A stretch of 64,000 nt of DNA, from positions 256,001-320,000 of IMG/VR virus record IMGVR_UViG_3300037067_018912; one strand, given 5' to 3'. Under the pieces are notes generated by a model. It did no database searches and was not told the origin of the DNA. It saw only the letters and a list, made by a program, of their open reading frames with translations. This DNA comes from a virus. Taxonomy: Duplodnaviria > Caudoviricetes. A program made the position numbers and the translations under genes. Position 1 is the first letter of the stretch, and each line of letters opens with the position of its first letter. Shown in pieces: positions 9,508 to 18,767 of this stretch.

Positions 9508-9753
9508 ATGATGAGTATGGAAACTTTAAAACAAATCGTAAGCGGAACATTGGCCAAAATGAGCCATATGTGTAACGGAAAAGTGTATTACACGATCGAT
9601 ACACAGGAACATTCGTATCAACTTGAAATTGATTGCCTGGACAAGGAATGGAAGGATGTTTATATCCTCCCGAAGTATAAGGCGATCACTCTGATGCGTT
9701 GGATCAGAAAAGGCATTGAGAAGGACAACGGCACGTTCATAATGTTGAAATAA
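9508..9753 (+). CDS. hypothetical protein
   Basis: 81-aa ORF between tRNAs. Confidence 0.7.
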   Translation: MMSMETLKQIVSGTLAKMSHMCNGKVYYTIDTQEHSYQLEIDCLDKEWKDVYILPKYKAITLMRWIRKGIEKDNGTFIMLK

Positions 9754-9759
9754 TGTGTT

Positions 9760-9848
9760 GGGAGTGCGGTAACGGTGGTGGTGTTGCAATTGACTGTAAA
9801 TCAATTCCCATAGGGTAAACATTGGGGGTTCGAATCCCTCCACTCTCA
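9760..9848 (+). tRNA. tRNA-Tyr(GTA)
   Basis: ATTGA-CT GTA AA-TCAAT, long variable arm. Confidence 0.9.
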
Positions 9849-9851
9849 CAC

Positions 9852-9881
9852 AAAACCCGGTTCGAAAGACCGGGTTTTTTT
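9852..9881 (+). terminator. terminator closing the Lys/Tyr array (same sequence as 8738-8767)
   Basis: AAAACCCGGTTCGAAAGACCGGGTTTTTTT. Confidence 0.9.
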
Positions 9882-9998
9882 ATTTTAAGTATTTATATTC
9901 CCAATTATATTTATTCAGACTAAATAAAAATAACCTTGCATTTCTGTTCTGAATTAGTTATATTTGGTAAAATAACTTTATTTAATGCTTACGTATAC

Positions 9999-10871
9999 AT
10001 GGCAAAAAAAGTAAAAAAGGTGACGACTACAACCACCGTTACCGAAGAAATCATCGAAGGATCATCAAACGAAAAAACACAAATTGTTTGTATCCTTGAC
10101 CGTTCAGGCTCAATGAGTGAAGGCGGAATAATCTATGAAGCAATCAACGGCTTCAACCGTTTCTTGAAAGAACAAAAAGAATTGAAAGACCAGGCTACAA
10201 TTACTGTTGCCTTGTTCGACGATCGTTATGAACTCCTTTATGATGACATCGACATCAAAAAAGTTCCAGAAATAACTTATGCCACTTGGACTCCAAGGGG
10301 AACTACCGCCTTATTGGATGCTATTGGCAAAACTGTTAACACTGTCAAGTCAAACCACATCCGTTTAGGGAGTGAGAAACCTGCGAAAGTTCTCGTTTGC
10401 ATCGTAACGGACGGTAAAGAGAATGCCAGTCATGAGTACACCCGTGAAGGCATCAGAAGTCTCATTCGGGAACGTGAAAGGGATAATTGGAACTTCATCT
10501 ACCTGGCAGCAAACCAAGATGCGTTTGCCGTTGGACAATCGTTCGGTATCAGTCATCATAACAACTACACCTATGCTGCATCAGGTGCGGGTATGATGGA
10601 TATGAGTAGTGTATTGGGAAATGCCACGACTTCATACAGAAGTATGGTCTCCAGTTCTGCAGATTTTCAAACAAGATCGAAATCCCTTCTCAAAGACGAG
10701 GGCGATGCAAAGGACAATCTCACAGACAACATTAATGTTGTTGGTACAATCAAAGGTAATGACACGTATTTCAGCACCGGAACTGTGGTTTACAGCGGAG
10801 GAACAACTACAAATAGCACGGGTGTTCCGGGTGATGTCAATTTCACCGCTCAAAACGTCACAGTGACATAA
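9999..10871 (+). CDS. von Willebrand factor A domain protein
   Basis: ILDRSGSMS MIDAS, GTTALLDAIG, IVTDGKENAS. Confidence 0.88.
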   Translation: MAKKVKKVTTTTTVTEEIIEGSSNEKTQIVCILDRSGSMSEGGIIYEAINGFNRFLKEQKELKDQATITVALFDDRYELLYDDIDIKKVPEITYATWTPRGTTALLDAIGKTVNTVKSNHIRLGSEKPAKVLVCIVTDGKENASHEYTREGIRSLIRERERDNWNFIYLAANQDAFAVGQSFGISHHNNYTYAASGAGMMDMSSVLGNATTSYRSMVSSSADFQTRSKSLLKDEGDAKDNLTDNINVVGTIKGNDTYFSTGTVVYSGGTTTNSTGVPGDVNFTAQNVTVT

Positions 10872-11064
10872 TAATTTCCGTTTTTTGTAATTGTTTATTG
10901 GTTTTTTGGGGGTGCTTTCAGCACCCTCTTTTTTTGTTAAAATTTTGTAAATTAAATACATAAATTTTTAATAAAATCTTCAAGTATATTTTTAAAAACC
11001 CTTGTATTTATGGTTGCCTTTGGGTAAATTCGTTTACATAATTTTATAAAAAATTATTATTTCT

Positions 11065-13689
11065 ATGTTAGAGAAATCCCAACAAAAATTCCAAGAATCG
11101 GAAATTCTTAAATCAACCTTAAAATACTTCAATGGTGACGAACTCGCAGCAGATGTTTGGATGAAGAAGTATTGTCTGAAAGACGAAAAAGATTACTATG
11201 AACTCAATCCTGACCATATGCATTGGAGGATTGCAAAAGAACTTGCAAGGATTGAAGCAAAATATCCGAATCCTTTAACTGTGGAGGAGATATATGAGAC
11301 ATTAAAAGGGTTCAAGAAACTCGTCCCACAAGGCTCGCCAATGAGTGGCATTGGAAACGACTTCCAAGTCGTCTCCTTGTCCAACTGTTTTGTAATTGGT
11401 AATCAAAAGGATAGTGATTCCTACGGGGGAATCATGAAACTTGATCAAGAAGTCGTTCAATTGGAAAAAAGACGTGGAGGGGTCGGCATGGACTTGTCGT
11501 TCGTGCGTCCGGCTGGAACTCCAGTAAAGAACTCTGCAATAACATCGACAGGAGTTGTGCCATTCATGGAAAGATACTCCAATTCAACAAAAGAAGTCGC
11601 ACAGGATGGCCGTAGAGGTGCTCTCATGGAAAGCATCTCAATCAAGCATCCTGATGCAGAGAAATTCATTGATGCCAAACTCACCCAAGGTAAGGTCACG
11701 GGGGCGAACATCTCAGTAAAAATCACAGATGATTTCATGGAGGCAGTCATCAAAGACGATGAATTTTGGCAAACATATCCGATTGATATGAAAATCCCGT
11801 TAGGTGCAAATTACGACGAGTTGATTACCAATGCCAAAGAAAATGAACTTGTGAAACTATCCGGTGTAGGTTATCTAAAAAAAATAAATGCCCGAAAACT
11901 TTGGAACAAAATTATATTCAATGCATGGAAATCCGCTGAACCCGGAATATTGTTTTGGGATGTCATATTAAGAGAAAGCATTCCCGATTGTTATGCTGAT
12001 TTGGGTTATAGGACTACATCCACGAACCCTTGCGGCGAAATCCCGCTTTGCCCGGATGACAGTTGCCGTTTATTGTGTATAAATCTTTATGGTTATGTTT
12101 CTGCACCATTTACCGAGTTCCCGATATTCGAATGGGAGAAGTTTGAACATGACGTCCAAATTGCACAACGCCTGATGGACGATATCATCGATCTTGAAGC
12201 GGAAAAGATAGATGCAATCCTTAACAAGATCAAGGCAGACCCGGAGGATGAGTTTATCAAACTCTACGAAACAAAGATGTGGGAAAGGATTAAGAAAAAA
12301 ACCCTTGAAGGTCGTAGGACTGGTCTCGGCGTTACCGCCGAAGGTGATATGATAGCCGCAATGGGATTGAGATATGGTACTGAGGAAGCCACCGCATTTA
12401 GTGAAAGGGTTCATAAGATACTGAAACTGAACGCATATCAGTCATCGGTTCAAATGGCAAAAGAACGTGGGGCATTTCCTATATGGGATGCTGAACGTGA
12501 AAAACATAATCCATTTATTGAAAGAATCGCCAAAGAAGACTTCGATCTTTGGGACGAAATGATGAAATACGGTCGCAGGAACATCGCCCTTCTGACAGTA
12601 GCACCAACCGGAACAGCCAGTCTAATGACACAGACAACTTCCGGTATCGAACCCGTATTTCTCCCCGTGTACAAGCGCAGGCGCAAAGTTAACCCCCAAG
12701 AGAAAGACGCAAGGATCGATTTCGTTGATGAAGAAGGTCTTGCGTGGCAAGAATACCTTGTCTTTCATCACAAATTCGAAACGTGGCTTGAAGTCAATGG
12801 TTATAACGTAACTGTTGTAAAGACTATGACTTCCGAACAAGTGGAAGAGATTGTAAAGAAGTCACCGTATTACAAAGCGACGAGCAATGATGTCGATTGG
12901 GTGAAAAAGGTCGAAATGCAAGGCCGTGTCCAAAAGCATGTTGATCATAGCATTTCTGTGACGGTCAACCTGCCAAAAGATGTTACCGAGGAAATCGTCG
13001 CCAAGGTTTATGAAACCGGATGGAAAAGCGGATGCAAGGGAATAACCGTCTACCGTGACGGTTCAAGAAGTGGGGTACTTCTTTCTGAAACTGAAAAGAA
13101 AGAAGAGAAATTACATGACACCCACGCTCCCAAGCGTCCAAAACGTTTGAAAGCCGAAATCCATCGTTTCCAAAACAGCCTTGAGAAATGGATTGCCGTC
13201 GTTGGTATCAAAGACGGAAGACCGTATGAAATCTTTACCGGAAAATTCGAGAATGGTTTAAGTAACTTGCCAAGTAATGTGGTAGAATGCGAGGTGGTGA
13301 AGAACATTATTGAATCAGAATCCGCCGAGGGCGATAAAACAAGAGTGAAACGTTACGATATTGAATACATCGATAACGACGGTGAGAAACACACCCATCC
13401 CGGATTGAACCATGCATTCAACCCCGAATTTTGGAACTACGCCAAACTCATCTCCGGTGTTATGAGGCATGGAATGCCTGTGGTAAAATTATACGAATTA
13501 ATCGTGTCGTTGAATTTCAAAGAAGATTATATCAACACATGGAAGAACGGCGTTGCCCGTGTCGTAAAAAGATACATCAAGGATGGTGAAAGGATTAGGG
13601 GGAGATGCCCCGAATGTGGTGGTGAAAACCTTGAATTCGTGGAAGGATGTTTGACATGTAAGAGTTGTGGAAATTCAAAATGTGGATAA
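11065..13689 (+). CDS. nrdJ: adenosylcobalamin-dependent (class II) ribonucleotide reductase
   Basis: SLSNCFV, TNPCGEIPL, VAPTGT, GCKGITVYRDGSR, C-terminal Zn ribbon; no NrdB partner seen. Confidence 0.93.
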   Translation: MLEKSQQKFQESEILKSTLKYFNGDELAADVWMKKYCLKDEKDYYELNPDHMHWRIAKELARIEAKYPNPLTVEEIYETLKGFKKLVPQGSPMSGIGNDFQVVSLSNCFVIGNQKDSDSYGGIMKLDQEVVQLEKRRGGVGMDLSFVRPAGTPVKNSAITSTGVVPFMERYSNSTKEVAQDGRRGALMESISIKHPDAEKFIDAKLTQGKVTGANISVKITDDFMEAVIKDDEFWQTYPIDMKIPLGANYDELITNAKENELVKLSGVGYLKKINARKLWNKIIFNAWKSAEPGILFWDVILRESIPDCYADLGYRTTSTNPCGEIPLCPDDSCRLLCINLYGYVSAPFTEFPIFEWEKFEHDVQIAQRLMDDIIDLEAEKIDAILNKIKADPEDEFIKLYETKMWERIKKKTLEGRRTGLGVTAEGDMIAAMGLRYGTEEATAFSERVHKILKLNAYQSSVQMAKERGAFPIWDAEREKHNPFIERIAKEDFDLWDEMMKYGRRNIALLTVAPTGTASLMTQTTSGIEPVFLPVYKRRRKVNPQEKDARIDFVDEEGLAWQEYLVFHHKFETWLEVNGYNVTVVKTMTSEQVEEIVKKSPYYKATSNDVDWVKKVEMQGRVQKHVDHSISVTVNLPKDVTEEIVAKVYETGWKSGCKGITVYRDGSRSGVLLSETEKKEEKLHDTHAPKRPKRLKAEIHRFQNSLEKWIAVVGIKDGRPYEIFTGKFENGLSNLPSNVVECEVVKNIIESESAEGDKTRVKRYDIEYIDNDGEKHTHPGLNHAFNPEFWNYAKLISGVMRHGMPVVKLYELIVSLNFKEDYINTWKNGVARVVKRYIKDGERIRGRCPECGGENLEFVEGCLTCKSCGNSKCG

Positions 13690-13690
13690 C

Positions 13691-13879
13691 ATGGAAAATC
13701 CAAGAAGAAGCCTAAAAGGATTATTGAAAAACGGCGATAATTTTAAAGCCAGAAAAATCAATCTCGACGATCCTGAAGTCAAAATAATGCTTGAAGCAGT
13801 GAAAGAAGAGAAAAAGAAATGCCTTGAAAGAAAGAAAGTTAATTGGGCAAAACTGAATAATACTTACGTTAACATTTAA
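13691..13879 (+). CDS. hypothetical protein
   Basis: 62-aa ORF directly after nrdJ. Confidence 0.6.
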   Translation: MENPRRSLKGLLKNGDNFKARKINLDDPEVKIMLEAVKEEKKKCLERKKVNWAKLNNTYVNI

Positions 13880-14016
13880 AAATCCGAGTATTTATCAAAA
13901 AGTTCTTTGATATCTTAATTGGAATTTCTATATTTGTTTGGAATATTGTAACTATTTCATCTCACATGCGTAATAGAATTGAAACACAAAAATAACTGTA
14001 TATAAAACTTAACTGT

Positions 14017-16278
14017 ATGAACAAACATTTTGTGAAACTTGATGAAAACTATTTTCTTACAACCCAGGAAGTCAATAGTAATGTGACCGTAGAAGTCACA
14101 AAAAAAACGAACCACATTTTTGTGGTCGATGTTAGCGGATCAATGTCCTGGGAACTCCCCAAAATCAGAACTCAACTCAAGAACAAACTTTCTAACCTAA
14201 TGAAAGAAGGCGATACGATTTCGATCGTGTGGTTCTCCGGCAGGGATCAAAGCGGCATCTTGAAAGAAGAGGTTGAGGTCAAATCCCTCACAACTCTTAG
14301 CAGCCTAAACGATGCCATTGACAAATGGCTTCACCCGGTCGGCATGACCGCATTTCTCAAACCCTTACAACTTGTCAAGGAATTAACTGGAAGGATCAGC
14401 AAGAACAGACCGGACAGCGTGTTCAGCATGATCTTTCTTACCGACGGCTATAATAACGACTGTCCTTGGACGGAAGTAATTAAAGCCGTTAAGGATTTGG
14501 AAGTGGACATCGCTTCCTCAACATTTGTTGAATACGGCTATTACGCCGATACTCAAAAAATCACCCAAATGGCTGCCATATTGGGTGGTGAAAAAATCTC
14601 CTGCGATGGTTTCGATGATTTCGAACCCCTTTTCGACCGCAAGATTTCCCAATCCGCAAAAGGTGGGAAGAAAACCTTGGTCGATGTCGTTGACAAATAC
14701 CTGTATGATTTCGCATTCTCCGTTTCAGACGGTGGCGTAATCCTGTACAGTATCGTTGACAACAAAATCATGGTTGGTTCGGATGTAAAGGAAATCCATT
14801 TTTTCTCACCGAAAGAAGTTGGTGTCGATGCAGGAACTAATGCAACCGATACTGCACTTTATGCAGGTATCTACGTGCTTGCAGACAAACTTCTCAATGA
14901 TGATGCTGAGAAATTGTTCTATGCATTGGGTGATAACCATTATTACAGAATGTTATCCAACGCTTTCGGCAAACAGAAATTGAATGCATTTAAAACTGCA
15001 ATCAAGGAATGTATCGCCGATGTATCGAAAAGATTTCCTGATGGTGGAAAAGCAAAAATTCAAAAAGTGGATGAAAACGCTTACTGCCTGATGAATTTGA
15101 TTAGTGACTTGGGAGAAACAGAAAATTGCCTGTTCTATCCCAATCATTCAGACTTCAAATACAACCGCATTGGTAGGAAGATGGTAGCCTCTGCAAGCGT
15201 CCTGACGGAAACCGAAAAGAAACAACTCTCCGAAGCCAAGAACGTTGACGAAGCAGCCAAACTTCTGAAAGAATTTGAGGAAAAGAAAGTTGAAGTAAAA
15301 TTTGTTGCCCTCGATAAGAATAAGGGATATGCTCTTACTGATCTTGTATGGAATGAAGAACGTGCAAACCTGTCTGTCCGCATCTGTATTACCGGGGAAG
15401 CAATCTTGCCGGAAAACAAGTTCAAAATCGACAAGGTTGCCACTTACAAATACAATACTTTCACCTTAATAAAGGACGGTATTGTAAACGTTGAAAAACT
15501 CCCGGTAAGTTATTCCAGAGAATTGGCAGAATTGTTGACCAACAAAGGTGTTGAATATGATGATTTGGAAGCAACTTCCGATTCAAACAGAACAATCGTC
15601 ATTTACCTCAACAGTCTGCCCATTGTCAACAAACGTATGGTGAAGGAGTTATCTGCCAACGAACTTGCAAAACAGGAATGGGCATTGATCAGACTGCAGG
15701 GTGACAAGAAAGTATACGATTACTACCGCAAGGCTTTATTCCCCAAGGAAAGCAAGTCGTTCATCGAATTGTACAGCCAAGAAGCCGCCGATTGGTTGAA
15801 GGAGGTTGGCGTCACTGATTATAACGGTTTTGCGCCGAAAGTGACAGCCGAGGAATCCACGGACTTCTACATGTCTGTCAATCTGATAACCAAGATCAAA
15901 GGTCTCTCGTCCTTACCGAAAGTTGAGGATGTGGTAGCCAAGATCAAGTCAGGCAAAGAATTGAAATTGAGTGAATGGGTGATGGCCGATGCAATAACCA
16001 AATATACTGCGCAACTCGACAGTGACATCTACAAAACACTTGGCGAGGAGCAGCAGAAGGAAATGTTGAAAACCTACCTGATCACCAAATCGACCATCCT
16101 GAATAAACAAAGAAGGAAAGCGTTGCAGGAGATCGCAGAGATCAAGTTCGCTCTGATCCTTTCGAAGAAATGGTTCACAGAATTCAAGAGTTTCGATGAA
16201 AACAAACTCAACCTGAAACTCGATGACCAGGATTTGGAATTCACCTTTGATTTATGTGAAAAGGAAGTGAAAATATAA
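14017..16278 (+). CDS. large VWA-domain protein
   Basis: VVDVSGSMS MIDAS, FLTDGY; ECF-type promoter at 13947; terminator at ~16300-16332. Confidence 0.85.
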   Translation: MNKHFVKLDENYFLTTQEVNSNVTVEVTKKTNHIFVVDVSGSMSWELPKIRTQLKNKLSNLMKEGDTISIVWFSGRDQSGILKEEVEVKSLTTLSSLNDAIDKWLHPVGMTAFLKPLQLVKELTGRISKNRPDSVFSMIFLTDGYNNDCPWTEVIKAVKDLEVDIASSTFVEYGYYADTQKITQMAAILGGEKISCDGFDDFEPLFDRKISQSAKGGKKTLVDVVDKYLYDFAFSVSDGGVILYSIVDNKIMVGSDVKEIHFFSPKEVGVDAGTNATDTALYAGIYVLADKLLNDDAEKLFYALGDNHYYRMLSNAFGKQKLNAFKTAIKECIADVSKRFPDGGKAKIQKVDENAYCLMNLISDLGETENCLFYPNHSDFKYNRIGRKMVASASVLTETEKKQLSEAKNVDEAAKLLKEFEEKKVEVKFVALDKNKGYALTDLVWNEERANLSVRICITGEAILPENKFKIDKVATYKYNTFTLIKDGIVNVEKLPVSYSRELAELLTNKGVEYDDLEATSDSNRTIVIYLNSLPIVNKRMVKELSANELAKQEWALIRLQGDKKVYDYYRKALFPKESKSFIELYSQEAADWLKEVGVTDYNGFAPKVTAEESTDFYMSVNLITKIKGLSSLPKVEDVVAKIKSGKELKLSEWVMADAITKYTAQLDSDIYKTLGEEQQKEMLKTYLITKSTILNKQRRKALQEIAEIKFALILSKKWFTEFKSFDENKLNLKLDDQDLEFTFDLCEKEVKI

Positions 16279-16363
16279 TTCACTGACGTTCAATATACTA
16301 AAACCCCGAATAAAAAAATTCGGGGTTTTTTTAAAAATATATTGAAAAATTTTTGCAAATTAG

Positions 16364-16394
16364 TGTAACTGTTTTATCTTTGCAACGTATTTAA
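16364..16394 (+). promoter_or_regulatory. stacked promoters (ECF-type, Bacteroidota -7 TATCTTTG, GTATTTA)
   Basis: TGTAAC 16364, TATCTTTG 16376, CGTATTTA 16386. Confidence 0.7.
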
Positions 16395-16436
16395 GAGAAA
16401 CGATATTTTTCGTAAAATAATAACTTTAAATTTTCA

Positions 16437-16562
16437 ATGAAAACTTTAGCCACATATAGGCCAACGTCCGGATCGACAGAAAGTCGCAACGGGAATGCTA
16501 TATCCTGCTCATTTATTAATGACGGCAGAGGCATATACGGCATCGGGTTATTGTTTTCGTGA
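16437..16562 (+). CDS. codon-sampling leader peptide MKTLATYRPTSGSTESRNGNAISCSFINDGRGIYGIGLLFS (attenuator 2)
   Basis: 41-aa ORF; 29 of 41 residues are T/R/S/G/N/I/C/F, the specificities of the downstream tRNAs. Confidence 0.85.
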   Translation: MKTLATYRPTSGSTESRNGNAISCSFINDGRGIYGIGLLFS

Positions 16563-16589
16563 GAAAAAAAGGACAGTTAAAACTTAACG

Positions 16590-16619
16590 AAACCCGGTGT
16601 CAAAAGCACCGGGTTTTTT
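16590..16619 (+). terminator. intrinsic terminator of attenuator 2
   Basis: AAACCCGGTGT-CAAAA-GCACCGGGTTTTTT; 5' arm can pair with GGCATCGGGTT at 16539-16549. Confidence 0.9.
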
Positions 16620-16662
16620 GTTTTAGGGTTGTTGTGTATAGTTTTTTGGGTTCTTTTCATAC

Positions 16663-16733
16663 GTCGGGATAGTATAGTGGTAGTACGCTTGTGTGGTATT
16701 CAAGTGACACCAGTTCGAGTCTGGTTCTCGGCT
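16663..16733 (+). tRNA. tRNA-Thr(GGT), atypical anticodon arm
   Basis: CTTG-T-GT GGT AT-T-CAAG; acceptor and T arms intact. Confidence 0.7.
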
Positions 16734-16817
16734 CAACGAATATCAGTTGTGAAACTCATATTCATCGATTATAAGGTCACAACCTTATGATTGAGTTCTT
16801 TGACATGCTGGAATTTT

Positions 16818-16898
16818 GAAGGGTTGCCTGAGTGGTTGAAAGGGACAGTCTGCAAAACTGTTAGGAAACTCACGTGGGTTCAAATCCCACACCCTTCT
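16818..16898 (+). tRNA. tRNA-Cys(GCA), long variable region
   Basis: ACAGT-CT GCA AA-ACTGT, U73. Confidence 0.9.
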
Positions 16899-16960
16899 CA
16901 AAAGCGATATTTTGCGAAAAGCATTGTTTTTCGGTACTTATTGCAAAATATCGCTCTTAT

Positions 16961-17032
16961 GGACTGGTGGCTCAGTGGTAGAGCGTCTGGCTGTTAACCA
17001 GAGGGTCGGGGGTTCAAATCCCTCTCAGTCCG
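16961..17032 (+). tRNA. tRNA-Asn(GTT)
   Basis: TCTGG-CT GTT AA-CCAGA. Confidence 0.93.
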
Positions 17033-17037
17033 CAAAT

Positions 17038-17111
17038 TGTCTCGTAGTTCAGTTGGTTAGAGCACATCCCTGATAAGGATGAAGTCGTGAGTTCAACTCT
17101 CACCGAGACAA
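17038..17111 (+). tRNA. tRNA-Ile(GAT)
   Basis: CATCC-CT GAT AA-GGATG. Confidence 0.93.
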
Positions 17112-17187
17112 CAAACCGCCCCCAGCGGTATATAAAATTATGAATAAGCAATGCGCATTTAGTGCTGTTCATATACTGGGGACGCAT

Positions 17188-17262
17188 TGGGTGGTAGTTC
17201 AGTCCGGTTAGAACGCATCTCTGATAAGGATGAAGTCGAGGGTTCAAATCCCCCCCTCCCAA
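17188..17262 (+). tRNA. tRNA-Ile(GAT), second copy
   Basis: CATCT-CT GAT AA-GGATG. Confidence 0.88.
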
Positions 17263-17383
17263 CAAAAGGTTCGTAGTCCGAAAGCCTAACCAGCCGACGG
17301 GTGAAGTTTCCTTGGCGAAATTGATGTAAACAAGCACCTGTGGTGGGATTGCGATGTGCTGATAAAGTGACCGAAAACTTAAT

Positions 17384-17470
17384 GGAAGGTTGGCAGAGCG
17401 GTCGATTGCGCCTGTCTTGAAAACAGGTGTACATGCCAATGTACCGGGGGTTCGAATCCCTCACCTTCCG
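17384..17470 (+). tRNA. tRNA-Ser(TGA)
   Basis: CCTGT-CT TGA AA-ACAGG, long variable arm, G73. Confidence 0.93.
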
Positions 17471-17553
17471 CACTTGGCGTAACCACGGCACGAACCGTGA
17501 CTTCGGATTTGATCACCGATGAAGCATTTAATGTTGATGCAGTCATGATATTT

Positions 17554-17638
17554 GGAGAGTTGGCAGAATGGTCATTGCAACAGTCCCGAAAACTGTCGTC
17601 GTGAAAGCGGCGTGTAGGTTCGAATCCTATGCTCTCCG
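17554..17638 (+). tRNA. tRNA-Ser(CGA)
   Basis: ACAGT-CC CGA AA-ACTGT (C33), long variable arm. Confidence 0.88.
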
Positions 17639-17645
17639 CAAAATC

Positions 17646-17717
17646 GAGGAAGTAGCATTACATGGGTAGCGCAGGGGCGAAAACCCTGAGAGGTGGGTTC
17701 GATTCCTGCATTCCTCA
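17646..17717 (+). tRNA. atypical tRNA or tRNA-like RNA (GAA in loop GCGAAAA)
   Basis: CAGGG/CCCTG stem and T arm present; weak D arm, no U33. Confidence 0.55.
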
Positions 17718-17726
17718 CTCAAACAT

Positions 17727-17815
17727 GGAAGGTTGACAGAGCGGTCTATTGTAACAGCCTGGAAAGTTGTCGTCGTGAAAGCGACGCAGGGGTTCGAATC
17801 CCTTACCTTCCGCCA
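17727..17815 (+). tRNA. tRNA-Ser(GGA)
   Basis: ACAGC-CT GGA AA-GTTGT, encoded CCA. Confidence 0.92.
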
Positions 17816-17819
17816 AAAT

Positions 17820-17895
17820 TGACTTTAATATTGGAACAAAAAGGATGTAGTGTCATGACACATTCTTCGGGGAGGTTCAAATCCTTCAGAGTCAG
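17820..17895 (+). ncRNA. tRNA-like RNA without canonical D/anticodon arms
   Basis: TGACTTT/AGAGTCA acceptor, GGAGG-TTCAAAT-CCTTC T arm, AAGGATGT/ACATTCTT central stem. Confidence 0.55.
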
Positions 17896-18148
17896 CAAAC
17901 GGGTTGGACTGCAATCCGACCTGTTCTCACAGGATGCTGTTACAATCGTATCATTGCAGTGATGTGGTTGATGCAAAATGTGCGAGTCCCTGTATGCATA
18001 AGATGCTGTCCTAATGTTCAGTAGCAATTCCTCTTTCGCACACATGGTTGGCAACATGAAATGTGTGAGTACGGTGTTGTTCAGAGACGTTTATGTTGGT
18101 TGCAATGCCTCCGGGTTCGTGGTATAAGGCCACAACAGGGACAAATAT

Positions 18149-18220
18149 GGAGTGGTAACTCAGCGGTAGAGTGCCTCCCTGAAGAGGAGGTGGTCGGGGG
18201 TTCAAATCCCTCTCACTCCA
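18149..18220 (+). tRNA. tRNA-Phe(GAA)
   Basis: CCTCC-CT GAA GA-GGAGG. Confidence 0.92.
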
Positions 18221-18556
18221 CAAAAAAGGCAGGTGGACGGATCAAATCCTGTTCCCGCAGGACAAGATTGCCGCCTTGGTGCGGACGTTCACAACGGGAC
18301 TGCCTTATACAGGTCGGGCAACCAGCGGGGTTGTTCGGGTAACTTCCTCACAAGGAATCCTGTAAAAACATTGATAAACGGGGATACCCCGCTGCGAAAG
18401 CAGTGCCCCGCCCATAAAACAGGCTTCACGAAGACCTCCAACTTTAGGTTGGTGGGCGGTCAAACGCCCGGTGAAAGGTTCGTATATCAACAGGCTCACG
18501 GAGTCCTCCAACTTAAAATTGGTGAATCTCAATAATTCAGTAAAAAGTCCGTAAAT

Positions 18557-18628
18557 GCGAGTATAGCACAACGGCCAGTGCGTCAGATTTCCAATCTGAG
18601 GATGTCAGTTCGATCCTGATTACTCGCT
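18557..18628 (+). tRNA. tRNA-Gly(TCC)
   Basis: TCAGA-TT TCC AA-TCTGA, U73. Confidence 0.92.
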
Positions 18629-18635
18629 CAAACAT

Positions 18636-18715
18636 TCACGAATAACTCAGCGGTTAGAGTGCCTCGGCGGGCTTCGGCTACGAGGGAGTCGGGGGTTCAA
18701 ATCCCTCTTCGTGTA
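18636..18715 (+). ncRNA. tRNA-like RNA with 14-nt anticodon loop
   Basis: CCTCG-GCGGGCTTCGGCTA-CGAGG; D and T arms canonical. Confidence 0.7.
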
Positions 18716-18767
18716 CAAAAGGTCTGAGGGAGTCCTTTGAAGGTATAAACAACCTGTCCCTCTCCAC

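Noticed and set aside
17820-17895. tRNA-Sec (TCA present)
   Set aside because: TCA is not in a 7-nt loop, and there is no extended acceptor stem or long variable arm.
16791-18571. Tracked ORFs across the tRNA arrays (also 8812-9575, 20814-21632 and 37838-38365, except 20933-21166)
   Set aside because: They are shadow frames over tRNA and ncRNA genes with no protein-like features.
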